A stretch of DNA of 64,000 bases from Macrostomum lignano (taxonomy: Eukaryota): positions 33,929 through 97,928 of the forward strand of contig NIVC01002941.1 in NCBI GenBank assembly GCA_002269645.1, given 5' to 3'. A program made the position numbers and the translations under genes. Below the pieces are notes generated by a model that was given only the letters and a program-made list of their open reading frames with translations, made no database searches and had not been told where the DNA came from. This document shows, one piece after another, positions 23,731-60,109 of this stretch; the stretch's first letter is position 1; every line of letters begins with the position of its first letter.

Positions 23731-24724
23731 TTCTTTTTCTACTGTCTCCCTCACCCTCTCTACTATTTCCCTTCTACTCTCTCCTTTCTTCCCTTTCCTA
23801 TCTACTCTTTACTCTTTACTCTCCCTCCTCTAATGTCTCCTCTCTACTATCTCCTCTCTACTCTTTCCCTTCTCCTCTCTCCTTTCTCCCCTCTCTTCTC
23901 TACTCTCTACTATTTACTCTCCCTCCTCTAATGTCTCCTCTCTACTATCTCCTCTCTCCTCTCTCATCTCTACTCTCTGCTTTCCCCTCGCCCCAACAGT
24001 AATAAAATACATCATATAAATATTCCAATGATTGTCAAGAATAAATAAAAAAGAAATTTCGTACAGCTGCAGGCTCAAACAATTTATTAGCTGATTTCTT
24101 ATCCACAAAAATGTTCCATCGGCTACAGAAGTTTTTGCATTACGAGAATGAGCGACACTTAACAACAGCAAGTCTGGTAATTAACAATATTATAATTAAT
24201 AAACAATTGATCAAAGTTCCAAGGCTCTGATAGCATTAGCACTGTTGCTACACATCTATAACCCAGTTATTACATCAACTTTTGCCAAATTTAAGCATAC
24301 TTGAAGTAGCTGATGTAAAATTAGCTATCTATTTTCTGAGCAAGATTATAATGATACGAGCGAGTGAGTGATGAAAATCTGCTCGAAGCGGGGAGCATCG
24401 GATGGGATGGGGCAGAGGGAAAAGCGCAGAGGCGAATCCCTGGCCTGGCGGGTCCCATATGTGGCTCTCATTAGTCCTGAATAGTTGCCTTGAGTACAGT
24501 GTTGCACTTTTCACGGGGCACTCCATCGGGACAGGAGCGGTGGCTGGGCAGGCTGGCTTATCGAATTTCGAGCTGCCAGATCACGGCAGTGAATGCACCA
24601 GCTGGACCAGGAAAGCAGCAACTGGTGCTCAAACTCTCAAATGATGTGCTTTGTACCAGCGAAATCCGCAGTTGAAACTATTTCAAATTTGTGTGGGAGT
24701 TGACTCTTCTCTCCTCAGTTATCC

Positions 24725-25440
24725 CCTCTCCTCTCTCCTCTCTCCTCTCTCCTCTCTCCTCTCCTCTCTCCTCTCTCCTCTCTCCTCTCTCCTTTCTCCT
24801 CTCTCCTCTCTCCTCTCTCCTCTCTCCTCTCTCCTCTCTCCTCTCTCCTCTCTCCTCTCTCCTTTCTCCTCTCTCCTCTCTCCTCTCTCCTCTCTCCTCT
24901 CTCCTCTCTCCTCTCTCCTCTCTCCTCTCTCCTCTCTCCTTTCTCCTCTATCCTCTCTCATCTCTCCTCTCTCCTCTCTCCTCTCTCCTCTCTCCTCTCT
25001 CCTCTCTCCTCTCTCCTCTCTCCTCTCTCCTCTCTCCTCTCTCCTTTCTCCTCTCTCCTCTCTCCTCTCTCCTCTCTCCTCTCTCCTCTCTCCTCTCTCC
25101 TCTTTCCTCTCTCTCTCTCCTCTCTCTCTCTCCTCTTTCTCCTCTCTCTCCTCTCTCCTCTCTCCTCTCTTATCTCTCCTCCTTCCTCTCTCCTCTCTCC
25201 TCTCTCCTCTCTTCTCTCTTATCTCTCCTCCTTCCTCTCTCCTCTCTCCTCTCTCCTCTCTTAACTCTCCTCTCTCCTCTCTCGCAGCTCACTCTTCTCT
25301 CTTCTATCCTCTCTCTCCTATATCCTCTCTCTCCTCTCTCCTCTTTTATCTCTCCTCTCTCCCCTTTCCTCTCTCCCCTCTTATCTGCCCTCTGTCCTCT
25401 GTCCTCTCTCCTCTCTTCTCTCCTCTCTCTCCTGTCTCCT
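24725..25440. repeat. 7-bp pyrimidine satellite (CTCTCCT)n, second array
   Basis: Read directly; degenerates toward the 3' end. Confidence 0.93.
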
Positions 25441-25719
25441 CTGATCACTAGTCAGTGGACCGACATGACAGTAACTTTTAAAGTTCAGGAGAGTTTGGCT
25501 GCTGCTGATCATACATACGAAGTAAGAGCGTATAATTACTTTGTTGATTAGGAAACCACTTGATCAGCTTAAAGTACTTGTACAGAGCACTGTTCACAAA
25601 GTGTCAGTCAGCCCAGACATTTCCTGCTTGGAGCCCTTCGGGTTGGCCCTGATGGACGGGAGTCGCCACAACAACCCTCAGAGATCGCGCCTAGCAACAA
25701 ATATTCGCGGACCGGATCT

Positions 25720-48817
<23,098 letters not shown>

Positions 48818-49599
48818 GGGTTGACCTGAAAGCGGCGGCCCTACAAAAAGGAGCCCCCTAAGGGTTGAAAAAAATATTCTGATCTGTTTCTGAAGCCGAT
48901 CGGCTCTTCTATCTATCTGGTTAATCAATTTGCCAATCAATGACCCGTTTGCGTATAGAGTATTATTAGTTCTGAACTCCGCCTTTCTGCATGGGATGAA
49001 AGCTGCTCACAGCTGGCAATTCAGCTGCCTGTTCGATTGGCTCAGCGCTGTTGAGAAGGGGGTGTGAAATTGCTCAGCGAAGGCCAAGCCGTCAAGAAAG
49101 AGAATTGGGAGTTGGTTGGCAAGAATCCCTTCTTTTGCTTTCGAGAACTCAGCCAACCATGGCGAGGGGAGCCTGGACAATTTCATTCAGTTCTCTAAGA
49201 CCGGCTTGAACCAATGAGGACTTTCCAAGCAGTTGACAAATCTCCCATCGGGAAAGCGCCGTATGGGGTAACGTTGGTCCCTGTCTAACCCTATATCTCC
49301 CCAGTCCTCTGCTGTCCCCCCGGAGTCCTCATTGCAGTTTCGATTTACTTTCACAAGTGGCCCAGCTGGAATGGAGAGTCTGACCATAAGAAGGACTTCG
49401 ATGGCGCTGCTCAAAGTAAAGAATTCCGGGTCCACGAAAACTTGGAAAGAACTGCTGGCAAACAAACTGTTAACGCCTATAATACTTGTACACTATGCAT
49501 GCTCGGAAAACTTATGTTTCGGAACTTTATGTATGTACATTGGTAAAGGAGAGAAACTTCTTACAAAATTATGACAAAGCGTGTCTTTACTTTTGTGCA

Positions 49600-51010
49600 T
49601 TGATCTAGGAGCGGATCTTGGGGTGAATCAAGGGACAGATCTAGGGGCGGATCTAAGCAGAATCTAAGGGTGGATCTAGGGCGGATCTAGGTGCGGATTT
49701 AAGGTGGATCTAGGTGCAGATCTAGGGTGGATCTAGGTGCGGATCTAGGTGCGGATCTAGGTGCGGATCTAGGGCGGATCTAGGTGCGGATCTAGGGCGG
49801 ATCTAGGGGCGGATCTAAGCAGAATCTAAGGGTGGATCTAGGGCAGATCTAGGTGCGGATTTAAGGTGGATCTAGGTGCAGATCTAGGGTGGATCTAGGT
49901 GCGGATCTAGGTGCGGATCTAGGTGCAGATCTAGGGTGGATCTAGGTGCGGATCTAGGGTGGATCTAGGTGCAGATCTAGGGTGGATCTAGGTGCGGATC
50001 TAGGTGCGGATCTAGGTGCGGATCTAGGGCGGATCTAGGTGCGGATCTAGGGCGGATCTAGGGGCGGATCTAAGCAGAATCTAAGGGTGGATCTAGGGCG
50101 GATCTAGGTGCGGATTTAAGGTGGATCTAGGTGCAGATCTAGGGTGGATCTAGGTGCGGATCTAGGTGCGGATCTAGGTGCAGATCTAGGGTGGATCTAG
50201 GTGCGGATCTAGGGTGGATCTAGGTGCAGATCTAGGGTGGATCTAGGTGCAGATCTAGGGTGGATATAGGTGCGGATCTAGGGTGGATCTAGGTGCAGAT
50301 CTAGGGTGGATCTAGGTGCGGATCTAGGGGCGGATCTAGGGGCGGATCTAGGCGCGGATCTAGGTGCGGATCTAGGGGCGGATCTAGGCGGGGATCTAGT
50401 AGGGGCGGATCTAGGGGCGGATCTAGGGGCGGATCTAGGGGCGGATCTAGGGGCGGATCTAGGGGCGGATCTAGGGGCGGATCTAGGGGCGGATCTAGGG
50501 GCGGATCTAGGGGCGGATCTAGGGGCGGATCTAGGGGCGGATCTAGGGGCGGATCTAGGGGCGGATCTAGGGGCGGATCTAGGGGCGGATCTAGGGGCGG
50601 ATCTAGGGGCGGATCTAGGGGCGGATCTAGGGGCGGATCTAGGGGCGGATCTAGGTGCGGATCTAGGGGCGGATCTAGGGGCGGATCTAGGGGCGGATCT
50701 AGGGGCGGATCTAGGGGCGGATCTAGGGGCGGATCTAGGGGCGGATCTAGGGGCGGATCTAGGGGCGGATCTAGGGGCGGATCTAGGGGCGGATCTAGGG
50801 GCGGATCTAGGGGCGGATCTAGGGGCGGATCTAGGGGCGGATCTAGGGGCGGATCTAGGGGCGGATCTAGGGGCGGATCTAGGTGCGGATCTAGGGGCGG
50901 ATCTAGGGGCGGATCTAGGGGCGGATCTAGGGGCGGATCTAGGGGCGGATCTAGGGGTGGATCTAGGGGCGGATCTAGGGGCGGATCTAGGGGCGGATCT
51001 AGGGGCGGGA
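49600..51010. repeat. 11/12-bp satellite (GGATCTAGGGGC)n and variants
   Basis: Read directly; lies 0.8-2.2 kb upstream of the GluN3-like start codon. Confidence 0.95.
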
Positions 51011-51811
51011 TCAATAAAAAGCGCCCCTGAGGAGTGCCACCAGCAGAGAAAATGTTCCAAGCACAATAACAAGTGCAAGTGCGACCTAACAGTCTGCCTG
51101 CTCCCTGCTCCCAGCTTAAACCCTGAGTGCAGCTCGACGTCCCCATGATTGCGCTGTGTCCTAAGTGTGCCATCCATAAAAACCTAAACCACCCATCTAA
51201 GCCAACACCGGTAAGGATCTGCCTTTTCATTCTCCTTATAATGACTTGTTGCTTTCTACAGTTGGCTTGGTCAGCAGAATATTTTCGATTCTACATATAC
51301 TAGTATACGGCACTTTGAGCCTAATTTTTTCATTCCTTGCCCAGCTTGGGAAATCAAGCGGGACTTGCTGGTCGACATCTCTTACGGGATGGCTTCGGCA
51401 TTCCATAAGCGCGGCCTGCCCTGAAGGCGTTCCATTTGGGCCCAGGCGGATACCGTATGCATGTTACGAGCGTAGGCCAGAGCGCAGTGCCGATCCGTGG
51501 GGATTTGAATTCACCCTGATCCAGTTGTCATACAGTCTCACTGACACGGCGGTTATACTGTAGAAGACACAATTTGGCTTTTTTTGCTGGAGGCATCTCT
51601 CTTAAGATTGCCGACAGTTTTGCATATTTATGCAGCATGCAGTCTATTGCAGGCGTGCGTCCATTACGAATGCTGTAAGCCCGAATCCGAATCTCTAAAG
51701 CCTACGGAGTTCGGTGTAAAGGGTACTGCACTCTCGTATTTTCTTTGAATGCTTCAGGACGCGAGTGCTCACATCCTCCCGGAATCTGGAGTTTTAGGCT
51801 GCACCTAGATA

Positions 51812-52195
51812 GACACCAGCCTCCTGCAGCTAGCTAGGCGTCAGGATGCTAAGACACCAGCCTCCTGCAGCTAGCTAGGCGTCAGGATGCTAAGACACCA
51901 GCCTCCTGCAGCTAGATAGCGTCAAGATGCTAAGACACCAGCCTCCTGCAGCTAGATAGCGTCAGGATGCTGACACCATCCTGCAGCTAGCTATAGGCGT
52001 CAGGATGCTAAGACACCATCCTGCAGCTAGCTATAGGCGTCAGGATGCTAAGACACCATCCTGCAGCTAGCTATAGGCGTCAGGATGCTAAGACACCAGC
52101 CTCCTGCAGCTAGCTAGGCGTCAGGATGCTAAGACACCAGCCTCCTGCAGCTAGCTAGGCGTCAGGATGCTAAGACACCAGCCTTCTGCAGCTAC
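51812..52195. repeat. 41-bp minisatellite (GACACCAGCCTCCTGCAGCTAGCTAGGCGTCAGGATGCTAA)n
   Basis: About 9 units. Confidence 0.92.
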
Positions 52196-53033
52196 AATCC
52201 ACCACCCACCACAGACCCCCCTCCCGTCCCGAAGTACACGTAACGACCATGCACACCAACCAATCACAGCACAAAGGGGAGAGAGCTGAGAAAGCTGCAT
52301 GGCTGGCACCATGGCCCAGCCAATCAGCTCTGCGCAGCTCCCAGAGCCTGGGCTAAAAAATAATAAATTATTACTGCCTGCAAATATAAATTAGGTCAAG
52401 GCTGCAGACGAGAGCATGGGGGGATGCAGACGCACTGAACCATGCAGCGACTGAAAATTGCAGAAAATAACCCATTTATGTATACATGTACATGTAAAAG
52501 CGTATATAGCAAGTCCTTATGCATTCAACCTCGACGACGTCTACATGTAAGATGAGGTTTACATGTATTCTATATTCTTACGCATTTGATATGCTCCCTA
52601 TACTAGTATTCGCACCACCAAAATTACTCAGTATTGCATTGTTATTCAACCCTATAACAGGACGCATAATAAAATGACTTTAAAGAAGTTGAACGGAGCA
52701 CAAAAGGTTCTCAAAAGATGCATGGTGCAATCTGACTTTCCGGCTTTAAGGCTCATTCACACTGCCATCAAAAGAGCCACCAATTTACACGAAAAAATGT
52801 ACCAAGGAATAAAATTTTATGTGCAAGTTGTGTAATCACGCAAAATTTAATCGTACATGTATTTGATGGCGAAGCGGAGATGGTAATGGACTGAAGGAAA
52901 ACTGCAAGGTGACTAGAGGAAAAAATGTTTTGGGTTTTTATCAGCTAAAAATTTGAATATTACTTAGCAGTAATTAAACACTGATAAAATTTTGTTATTC
53001 TATTTATGTGGCCATTAGAATCTATTCGGTCGT

Positions 53034-53414
53034 GGGTCTCCCTAAAACACGCACCGCACCGCCCCGAACCGCTACACATTATAACATTTTTTGTCAATGC
53101 AGTATTTAATTGTAAAGAAAACTATTTGTTGTACGAGTAATGGAATAAATATCTTTAATTATTATTATAAATATCTTTAATTATTATTATAAATATTGTT
53201 ATTATTTTTTATATTCTTGTTTTCATTTTTTTATTAATTATTAATAATATCACTTATTATTCACCGAATTTTATATTTCATAGTAAAAAAACTTAATTTA
53301 ATAAAAACTTTGAAGCTTAACAGAAAACGCATTTTGAAGTGTCTTCAGTTATAGTCCAATTTGTTTTAATGTGTAGCGCTGCAGGGCGGTGCGGGGCGTG
53401 TTTTAGGGAGACCC
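53034..53414. mobile_element. 381-bp MITE with about 53-bp imperfect TIRs and an 8-bp TSD
   Basis: TIR GGGTCTCCCTAAAACACGCACCGCACCGCCC... / ...GGGCGGTGCGGGGCGTGTTTTAGGGAGACCC. TSD TCGGTCGT at 53026-53033 and 53415-53422. AT-rich interior with no ORF. Confidence 0.88.
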
Positions 53415-56400
53415 TCGGTCGTTGCAGTTTCTTATAAAATTAAGCTGACATCAAATGAATGAGAAAACTTGATAAATGTTTTCGTTGTTTTCCTGTTAAT
53501 AATGGCATAGTAGACGGCCTCCCGTTAGCGTCTTTTTATCATCAAGTGCCTTACTTTGTGAGCTTGTAGAGCTAAATCAGCAGATGGCTGACGACGAATT
53601 GGAAGAGGACATCACAGGGAATGGAAATGGAATCAAATTGGAAGAGTAAGTAGGGATTTTTAGGCTACTAATATACTTTGTCTTTATGAGCTTATTTTAG
53701 TATTTTTTCGTATATAATACTGATCTTTTAATAGAAAATGAAATAAAAACGATAGATGTAATTTTATAAATGATATCACAAACACAATTTGTTACTAAAA
53801 TTAAATAAATATTTGAATACAAAATTTTAGTTGTTTTCCTTTCATTTTATTTTATTCCAATGCATAATTTCTATATTTCTTAAAAAAACACGAGTTCTTA
53901 CCTTTTTGACTTGAATTGGCTCACTGGATTCCCTAACTGCGATAGGCCTATCTAAGACTAAGACGTTAAGAAGTATAATAAAAACTGGTTTTGTACCATA
54001 GTCAAGAAGGTGGCACAGTGTGCGCCGGAATAATTTTTTGGGGACAATTTGTGCATGTGCACCATCTATGTGCCATCTATGCACCATTTGTGCGCTCTGT
54101 GTGCCATCTGTGCGCCACTCTTCACAAGTAGAGTTTTCTAAGAAAGGCCTTCGTACAAAAGCCTTTTTAAAATGTTATGCATATTTTCATTTTAAACAAA
54201 CTTAAATTATACCTACAAATAGGGTAATGCAAAATTGACATTTTTAGCAATTATTTATACTAATTTTATTTACTGTTAATTTTAAAGAAGCAAAAAGTTT
54301 ATCACTGACTTTCTAGACTATACAAATCTCCTTTATTTTATGTAAAATGGTTAATTTGCATTATAATTTTCATGCATGTTAGGAACCTTATGCGCCACAT
54401 GCGCTAGGGACCTCAGTGTGCGCTATGATTGTGGGCGCATGACCAAGACCGCCACACACCAAGACCACCACAGCTCTTATTGGCTACTGGAATTGAGGGG
54501 GAGCTACTAATCTTCCAGCATTGCTATTGGTTGTGATGGGTTGTGGAGTTAGATGAGGAAGAAGCGTCCCAAGATTGGTCACAAATAAGTGGCCCAAAAT
54601 GATTGCAAGTCAACCAGGGCAATTTTAACAATATCTTTAACAAAACCACAATTTGTTACTTTTAGCAGTAGATGAGCATGAATAATGCTTTTGATAGCAA
54701 AAGCTTGAGTAATTAGATTTAACTTCACTTTCAAAAAAGTGCCTCTCAAAATGCAATTGCAGGTTGCTGTAATTTGAAAAGTTTTTTACGAGCTCGCACA
54801 TTCGTATATTCTGCGTCTGGGTGCGTAGTGCATTACGGACAAACAAATCTAAGCGTCTTGATATGTGCTATGGTATGTGGATTTAGAGGTGCCATTCATT
54901 TTGACGAAGGTTTACATGTATTTTGACGAAAGCAAGTTAACAACTATCGTTCACTCACATAACAGAAAAAGCGCATCTTAGGCCCAATGCCTATGATATG
55001 TTACATGTCTGGAAATGTATAAGCACAAGCACTGTGTGTATTTTATTGTGTACTCAAAGCCGGGAATTTCAGAGAAAGCAAAGGGAGGGGATGAGAGTAA
55101 ATTTACATGCACATGTAATGAGAGAATATATGGAGAGGGGTTAGGAGATCTCGATCTCTCTCTCACTCTCTCTGTCTCACTCATTTCACACCCACTCCCA
55201 TACTGACACACTCTCTCACTCTCACTCTCTTACTCACTCACTCACTCACTCACTCACTCACTCACTCTCTCGCTTTTAATTCATTTCTGAATTTCAGGCA
55301 CTATAATAAATTACAGCATTTTTCACACATTTGATCTTTTGCCTCCGATTTTTAAATGCAAATATCCTTTACTCTCGCGCACTGCGGCAACTTTGCACAG
55401 GTATAGTGTGAACTACATGTATATGCATTTTTTCAAAGGGTACTGATTGATAAATACTGATTTTGACAATTCTGACATCTCTTCAAAATATAACAAACTT
55501 ATTGATACATTTAATGTAATAAATGTAATACAGAGATGCACGTATGTGCATATGAGTGCAAGGTACATGTACATGTACACATTATCTAATCTATCTGTGA
55601 CGTTTTTTCTAGCCGATCAGGAATTATCAATAGCAGTCAAATTTTTGCAGCTGAAATCACATTCAGTGTTAGGCAAAAAGGAAATATTTGCAAAATCAAA
55701 AAGCCATTTTTAAAGCACTGCAAACTGTGGTCTGAGCCTTGCCGCTTGCAAATAAGTATTGCGGTGCAATGCGCTCCGTTTATATTTCGGGAGTCCATGC
55801 GGTGGAGATGCTTGAATTAGGTGAAAAATCTGCAAACTTGAAGATATCAGTGGATAGGGCAGATCAAAGGGAGATTTGCGAACAAATTGTTAGAAAACAA
55901 TGGTTGCATACTTTTGCAAAATGCTTGCTGCATTCATCTGTTAGTACAGTTGTAGCTAGTATCGGACATGCGAAATATGCAAAATACCATAAGATCGGAC
56001 CAATGGCACAATCATTTTTTATTTTAGATAGACTTCTTTTAGTCCCATCAAAGTTTGCATGTACTTCTGAGGTCATGACCTCATGCTCATGCTATACTTG
56101 GCAGATCCAGGTTTTCGCTCCTGCAGGGACCTCGCTTGGTTGCACTATTACACATGGGAACACCAACTGCAATATAGATGCCACGCCCACATACGCTCGT
56201 ACGTTGCTCAGAATTTAATTGAATTCAATCTGATCACACTATATTGAATACCCGCAGCTATTTTGGAATATTTGATAGCTATATCTCTAATGCCGGTCCC
56301 TCGTAAAAAATCTGTTACTATCCAAATCTTTTTTGTGCCCTCCTTTTGAACTCAGTACATTAATTGGAACTCACAGTTATATATACAAACAGTTTTTTTA

Positions 56401-56424
56401 AGCTCGACTCGAGTCCATGCAGTT

Positions 56425-56547
56425 CAGGGGTTGCACCCAGAGGGGGAGGGGTCAAGGGAGGAAAATTCCGGGGTCTGCCCCCTCTTGCCAGTGCCACCTC
56501 TCTCCGTAACACCCCCCCCCCCTAAAATTTTTTGAGTGCGCCCCTCG
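56425..56547. mobile_element. Short degenerate hAT-like MITE remnant
   Basis: Ends CAGGGGTTGCACCCA... / ...TGAGTGCGCCCCTCG with G/C-rich interior; no TSD found. Confidence 0.35.
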
Positions 56548-57461
56548 TTCCATTTAAAATTTATGGCTTGGTATTTTAAAAATGCACAGCCATTGCATAT
56601 AGCCTATAAGCGATGAATTTCAGAACCTATAAGAGATAACAAGTTAAGTACAGCTGTTTTTGTTACTATACAATCTATTCGTGGTAACTGGGTGGAGAGT
56701 ATTTGCTTCCTGTCTTGATTTAATAAGAACCCTGAGACAGTTGGCTAACCAAGCCAGCTGTCAATGCATTCATTCTAAAAAGTGATAAATTTTTGTTACC
56801 TTGCCTGACAATATGCTATTGCTGGAGTAGCTAATTTATGATAGTGTTATGCAAAGCTGGAAAAGACGTCGCTTTGATTTAAACTATCAGAAGGAGAGAC
56901 AAAGATGTGGTAGAGAGGGATCACAAACAGAGATGGGGTCGTGTATTGAAATTAAATTTGAACTTTTTTGCGCAAGCTATTCTGTGCGCAGTTTAAACAG
57001 TGATTATGCAATCTAGTAGTTCTACCTCATTAGTACATGCAGATATAGTAATTTTAGCATATTATTAGAGATTTAGTATATTTAGACTAGAGCACTATGG
57101 ACAAGCAAACATACAAATCTTAGAGATTTAGTATATTTGGATTTTAAGAAAATCGGTCAAGGACAGTGAGCTCTAGAGCTTTATAGACAAGCAAGCAAAC
57201 AAACCTTAGAGATTTAGCATATTTGGATTAGAGATTAAGTATAAATAAGTGCCACATTGAGTTAGGGCTCGAGATGACCTATGGATCTGGCAGCACATTT
57301 CGCTTTAAGCACGGTGTAAAAGTTTAAGATCTTGTTATTCGCGCTCACAAGCCAAATGTGCCCCCACCTCCACAATCCAGCAGGGGGTGCAGTGAAATAA
57401 AACTGGAGGGGCAGTGGATAAGATGCAAGCAAATTTAGCGAATATGCAGATTTTTTCTTTT

Positions 57462-57890
57462 TTACCTGTGGGCCACATATGGACTGAAATAAAAGTGCAG
57501 AATGTAATGGCATGCAAAAAATGATGGCGTTTAGAAGGTAATAATTAATAGCTTTACCTGTGCACTGCATATGGACTGAAATAAAAGTGCAGAATGTAAT
57601 GGCATGCGAAAAATGATGGCATTTAGAAGGTAATAATTAATAGCTTTACCTGTGCACGGCATATGGACTGAAATAAAAGTGCAGAATGTAATGGCATGCA
57701 AAAAATGATGGCGTTTAGAAGGTAATAATTAATAGCTTTACCTGTGCGCCGCATATGGACTGAAATAAAAGTGCAGAATGTAATGGCATGCGAAAAATGA
57801 TGGCATTTAGAAGGTAATAATTAATAGCTTTACCTGTGTGCCACATATGGACTGAAATAAAAGTGCAGAATATAATGGCATGCGAAAAAA
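57462..57890. repeat. 92-bp tandem repeat (about 4.5 copies) downstream of the transposase ORF
   Basis: CATATGGACT unit starts at 57476, 57568, 57660, 57752 and 57844. Confidence 0.93.
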
Positions 57891-58010
57891 TGATAATGAG
57901 GGAGCTATTTGCTAAGCAAGCAATGAATTGAGATTTATAACTCGATTTAAGTAAAATGGTTAATTATTAAAAGTTGCCACTTGAATCAGGCAAAACGGGA
58001 GAGATCGCAA

Positions 58011-59870
58011 TCAATTCTGCTGCGCATCATCCTCGCCCTCTTGCTGCCATCCAGGTTGCGCATGAATATGGCTGCAGGCCCGGAGAAATGCAGCAATCGA
58101 CATAGTGCCCTCTCTCAGGTGTCGGCAGAATGTCTCAAAGCAGACATTCACTCGCGCGTACCTAGCATGTACTTGCTGGTGGTGCGTGACAGCTTGGCCT
58201 TGATGAACTTGCTGCAGCAGACGTAGCACCCACTCTGCATCACGCTGAAGCAGGGTCAGCAGAAGATAGAAATTAAGCGCTTTCTCTCCAAACTTGTTGA
58301 GCTGCGCGTGCCAAGCCTCCACGGCATTGTTCATCCTTGTGAACCGCTCAAAGACGCAAATGGCATCCCGGTCCCACACAGGGTGCTGTAGCCAGGTTGC
58401 ACGCACATATTCCGTTAGCTCTAGAAGGCGCTGATTCTCTCCTGCCATTGCAGTGCAGGCTGCAAGGCCATCTAGCATGCAAGGAGCCAGCAGACAAGGA
58501 ATCGAAAGCAGCATGCATACTAATAACTTTACCGCAGGGGAAGTCGCATACTGCACCTGCAATCCAAGAGACTGGACTCGCCTGAAAACAGCCTGGCAGT
58601 AATGAAAAAAGCAGCCACGAACTTGGGCTGCTGGATAAACTAGCCGAATGGCTTGCCAGGCGGCTGACTCAAAGTCGCAGATAAATTGGACAGGTGCATT
58701 ACCAGTCAACTCCCATACCTGCCGGAAGCAGGCTTGGTAGTCAGCCTGAGCCTTACCTGACATCAGAAAGAATGCCAGTGGTACCAGACGCTCTTGATTG
58801 TCGCAGCGAATGGCTCCATGAAGGCTGTACAGCTGCATGAAAGGCGCCTTGACAATGCTGAATGTGCCATCACAGTGCAGAATGCGTCGTGTGGACAGGA
58901 TCTCCCGTTGTGTTGCAGACATGAAGACAAAGTGCCATCCATTTGTCTCTGGCACAGTAACGTCCTGCAAATGGAACTCTGGGGGCACGTGCTCGGGATC
59001 AACCTGAAAATGGATGTTAGCTGGCTCCGCGGGGCGGCTTTTTTTACGAGAATAATTAGCATTGCGACTTAAGGAATCTATATTAATCACTGCCTGCACT
59101 TCTTGGGGGAGCTCTCTTACTTTCTCCTCAGCGATGATGCCAGCAGATTTGAATGGCGCTCGCTTTGCTTCCGTTTTTACCTGAGCTGCAATACGTGGTT
59201 TTTTAACTGGCTGATCGACTGGATCGCAGGTGTGCTCTTTCAAGGCTTCAATGGTTCCGTCTTGTCGCTTGACGGCTGAGCCCAGGCATTTCGGTGCAGT
59301 TTTGTTGCAACGGTAGTAAGTGTTGCCATTTCGCCGGCTCTTGACATGCATCAAGCAGCCAAGATCACGCCTGACGTACTGCACCAGCAAGTCTTTGCCG
59401 TGGCTGAATCCAGCACCTGGAAAATGCTCAAAAGCCTGCGGCGATGGGCTACGAGGCGGCGCCAACTCTGCTGGAGGCTCGTGAATTGATTCTTCAAGCA
59501 CAGGTTCAGCATCAACGAAATCGGGATACTGAAATAAAAACCTCTCTTCCACTTCTACATGAGGGACTGGAAGCAATGGCTCCTCTTGGTCAATAGGCTC
59601 ACCACCTGGTCCTGATCCTAGAAAGGTTGGCGGCACAGTAGCTGCTGGGGCAGCTGAAGGTGCAGATGAAGGCACACCTGTAGTTGGCCTAAGGCATCGG
59701 TTGCACAGCCAGAAAAACTCGCGTACACGTTTCATCGCAGCGTACTGCTCCGGTGTAACGCGACTGTTACACGCACGATGCTGCCATTCGCTACACTGCG
59801 AGCACTCAATAGCTTCCTCTCCATTGACAACAGGCTGTACACACACTACACATAGGTATGCACCTGCCAT
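58011..59870 (-). CDS. Mutator-family (MULE) DDE transposase with N-terminal PHD finger and FLYWCH-like zinc finger, 619 aa
   Basis: PHD C4HC3: CVVC...CSQC...HRAC...WLCNRC. FLYWCH-like YYRCNK...CLG...EHTC. MULE core LHCDGTF, FICDFE, GCFFH (CxxH) and NNAVEAWH (third catalytic E). Uninterrupted ORF. Confidence 0.92.
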   Translation of the reverse strand: MAGAYLCVVCVQPVVNGEEAIECSQCSEWQHRACNSRVTPEQYAAMKRVREFFWLCNRCLRPTTGVPSSAPSAAPAATVPPTFLGSGPGGEPIDQEEPLLPVPHVEVEERFLFQYPDFVDAEPVLEESIHEPPAELAPPRSPSPQAFEHFPGAGFSHGKDLLVQYVRRDLGCLMHVKSRRNGNTYYRCNKTAPKCLGSAVKRQDGTIEALKEHTCDPVDQPVKKPRIAAQVKTEAKRAPFKSAGIIAEEKVRELPQEVQAVINIDSLSRNANYSRKKSRPAEPANIHFQVDPEHVPPEFHLQDVTVPETNGWHFVFMSATQREILSTRRILHCDGTFSIVKAPFMQLYSLHGAIRCDNQERLVPLAFFLMSGKAQADYQACFRQVWELTGNAPVQFICDFESAAWQAIRLVYPAAQVRGCFFHYCQAVFRRVQSLGLQVQYATSPAVKLLVCMLLSIPCLLAPCMLDGLAACTAMAGENQRLLELTEYVRATWLQHPVWDRDAICVFERFTRMNNAVEAWHAQLNKFGEKALNFYLLLTLLQRDAEWVLRLLQQVHQGQAVTHHQQVHARYARVNVCFETFCRHLREGTMSIAAFLRACSHIHAQPGWQQEGEDDAQQN

Positions 59871-60109
59871 TTTAATGATATTTCTTGATCAAAAACTATT
59901 TAAGCTCCGATATCAGATAATCAGTTTTTATTGTATAGATATGCTATTCTAATACAATTATAGATAAACAGAAAATTCAAATTCGGGGCGTATCAGTGGA
60001 GGATAACTGCTATTTGATGAGCGCCCAGCCAATGAGAGTTCTGGCATTTTTGGAAGAGCGATCAATCCACTGCCAAAAATGAATTTTATGGTAAAAAATC
60101 ACTGTTTCT

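Noticed and set aside
22999-25551. ERREERG and LSPLSS ORFs
   Set aside because: Translations of (CTCTCCT)n satellites.
49187-49574. 92-aa and 80-aa ORFs upstream of the receptor
   Set aside because: No recognisable domain and no consistent splice signals; probably promoter or intergenic sequence.
51246-51563. Kinase-like peptide LLVDISYGMASAFHKRG in a + frame
   Set aside because: Only a superficial resemblance; the frame stops immediately after and there are no HRD or DFG motifs.
55739-56218. 159-aa ORF inside the 8.7-kb element
   Set aside because: No recognisable motif; consistent with a chance ORF, although an accessory transposon gene cannot be excluded.
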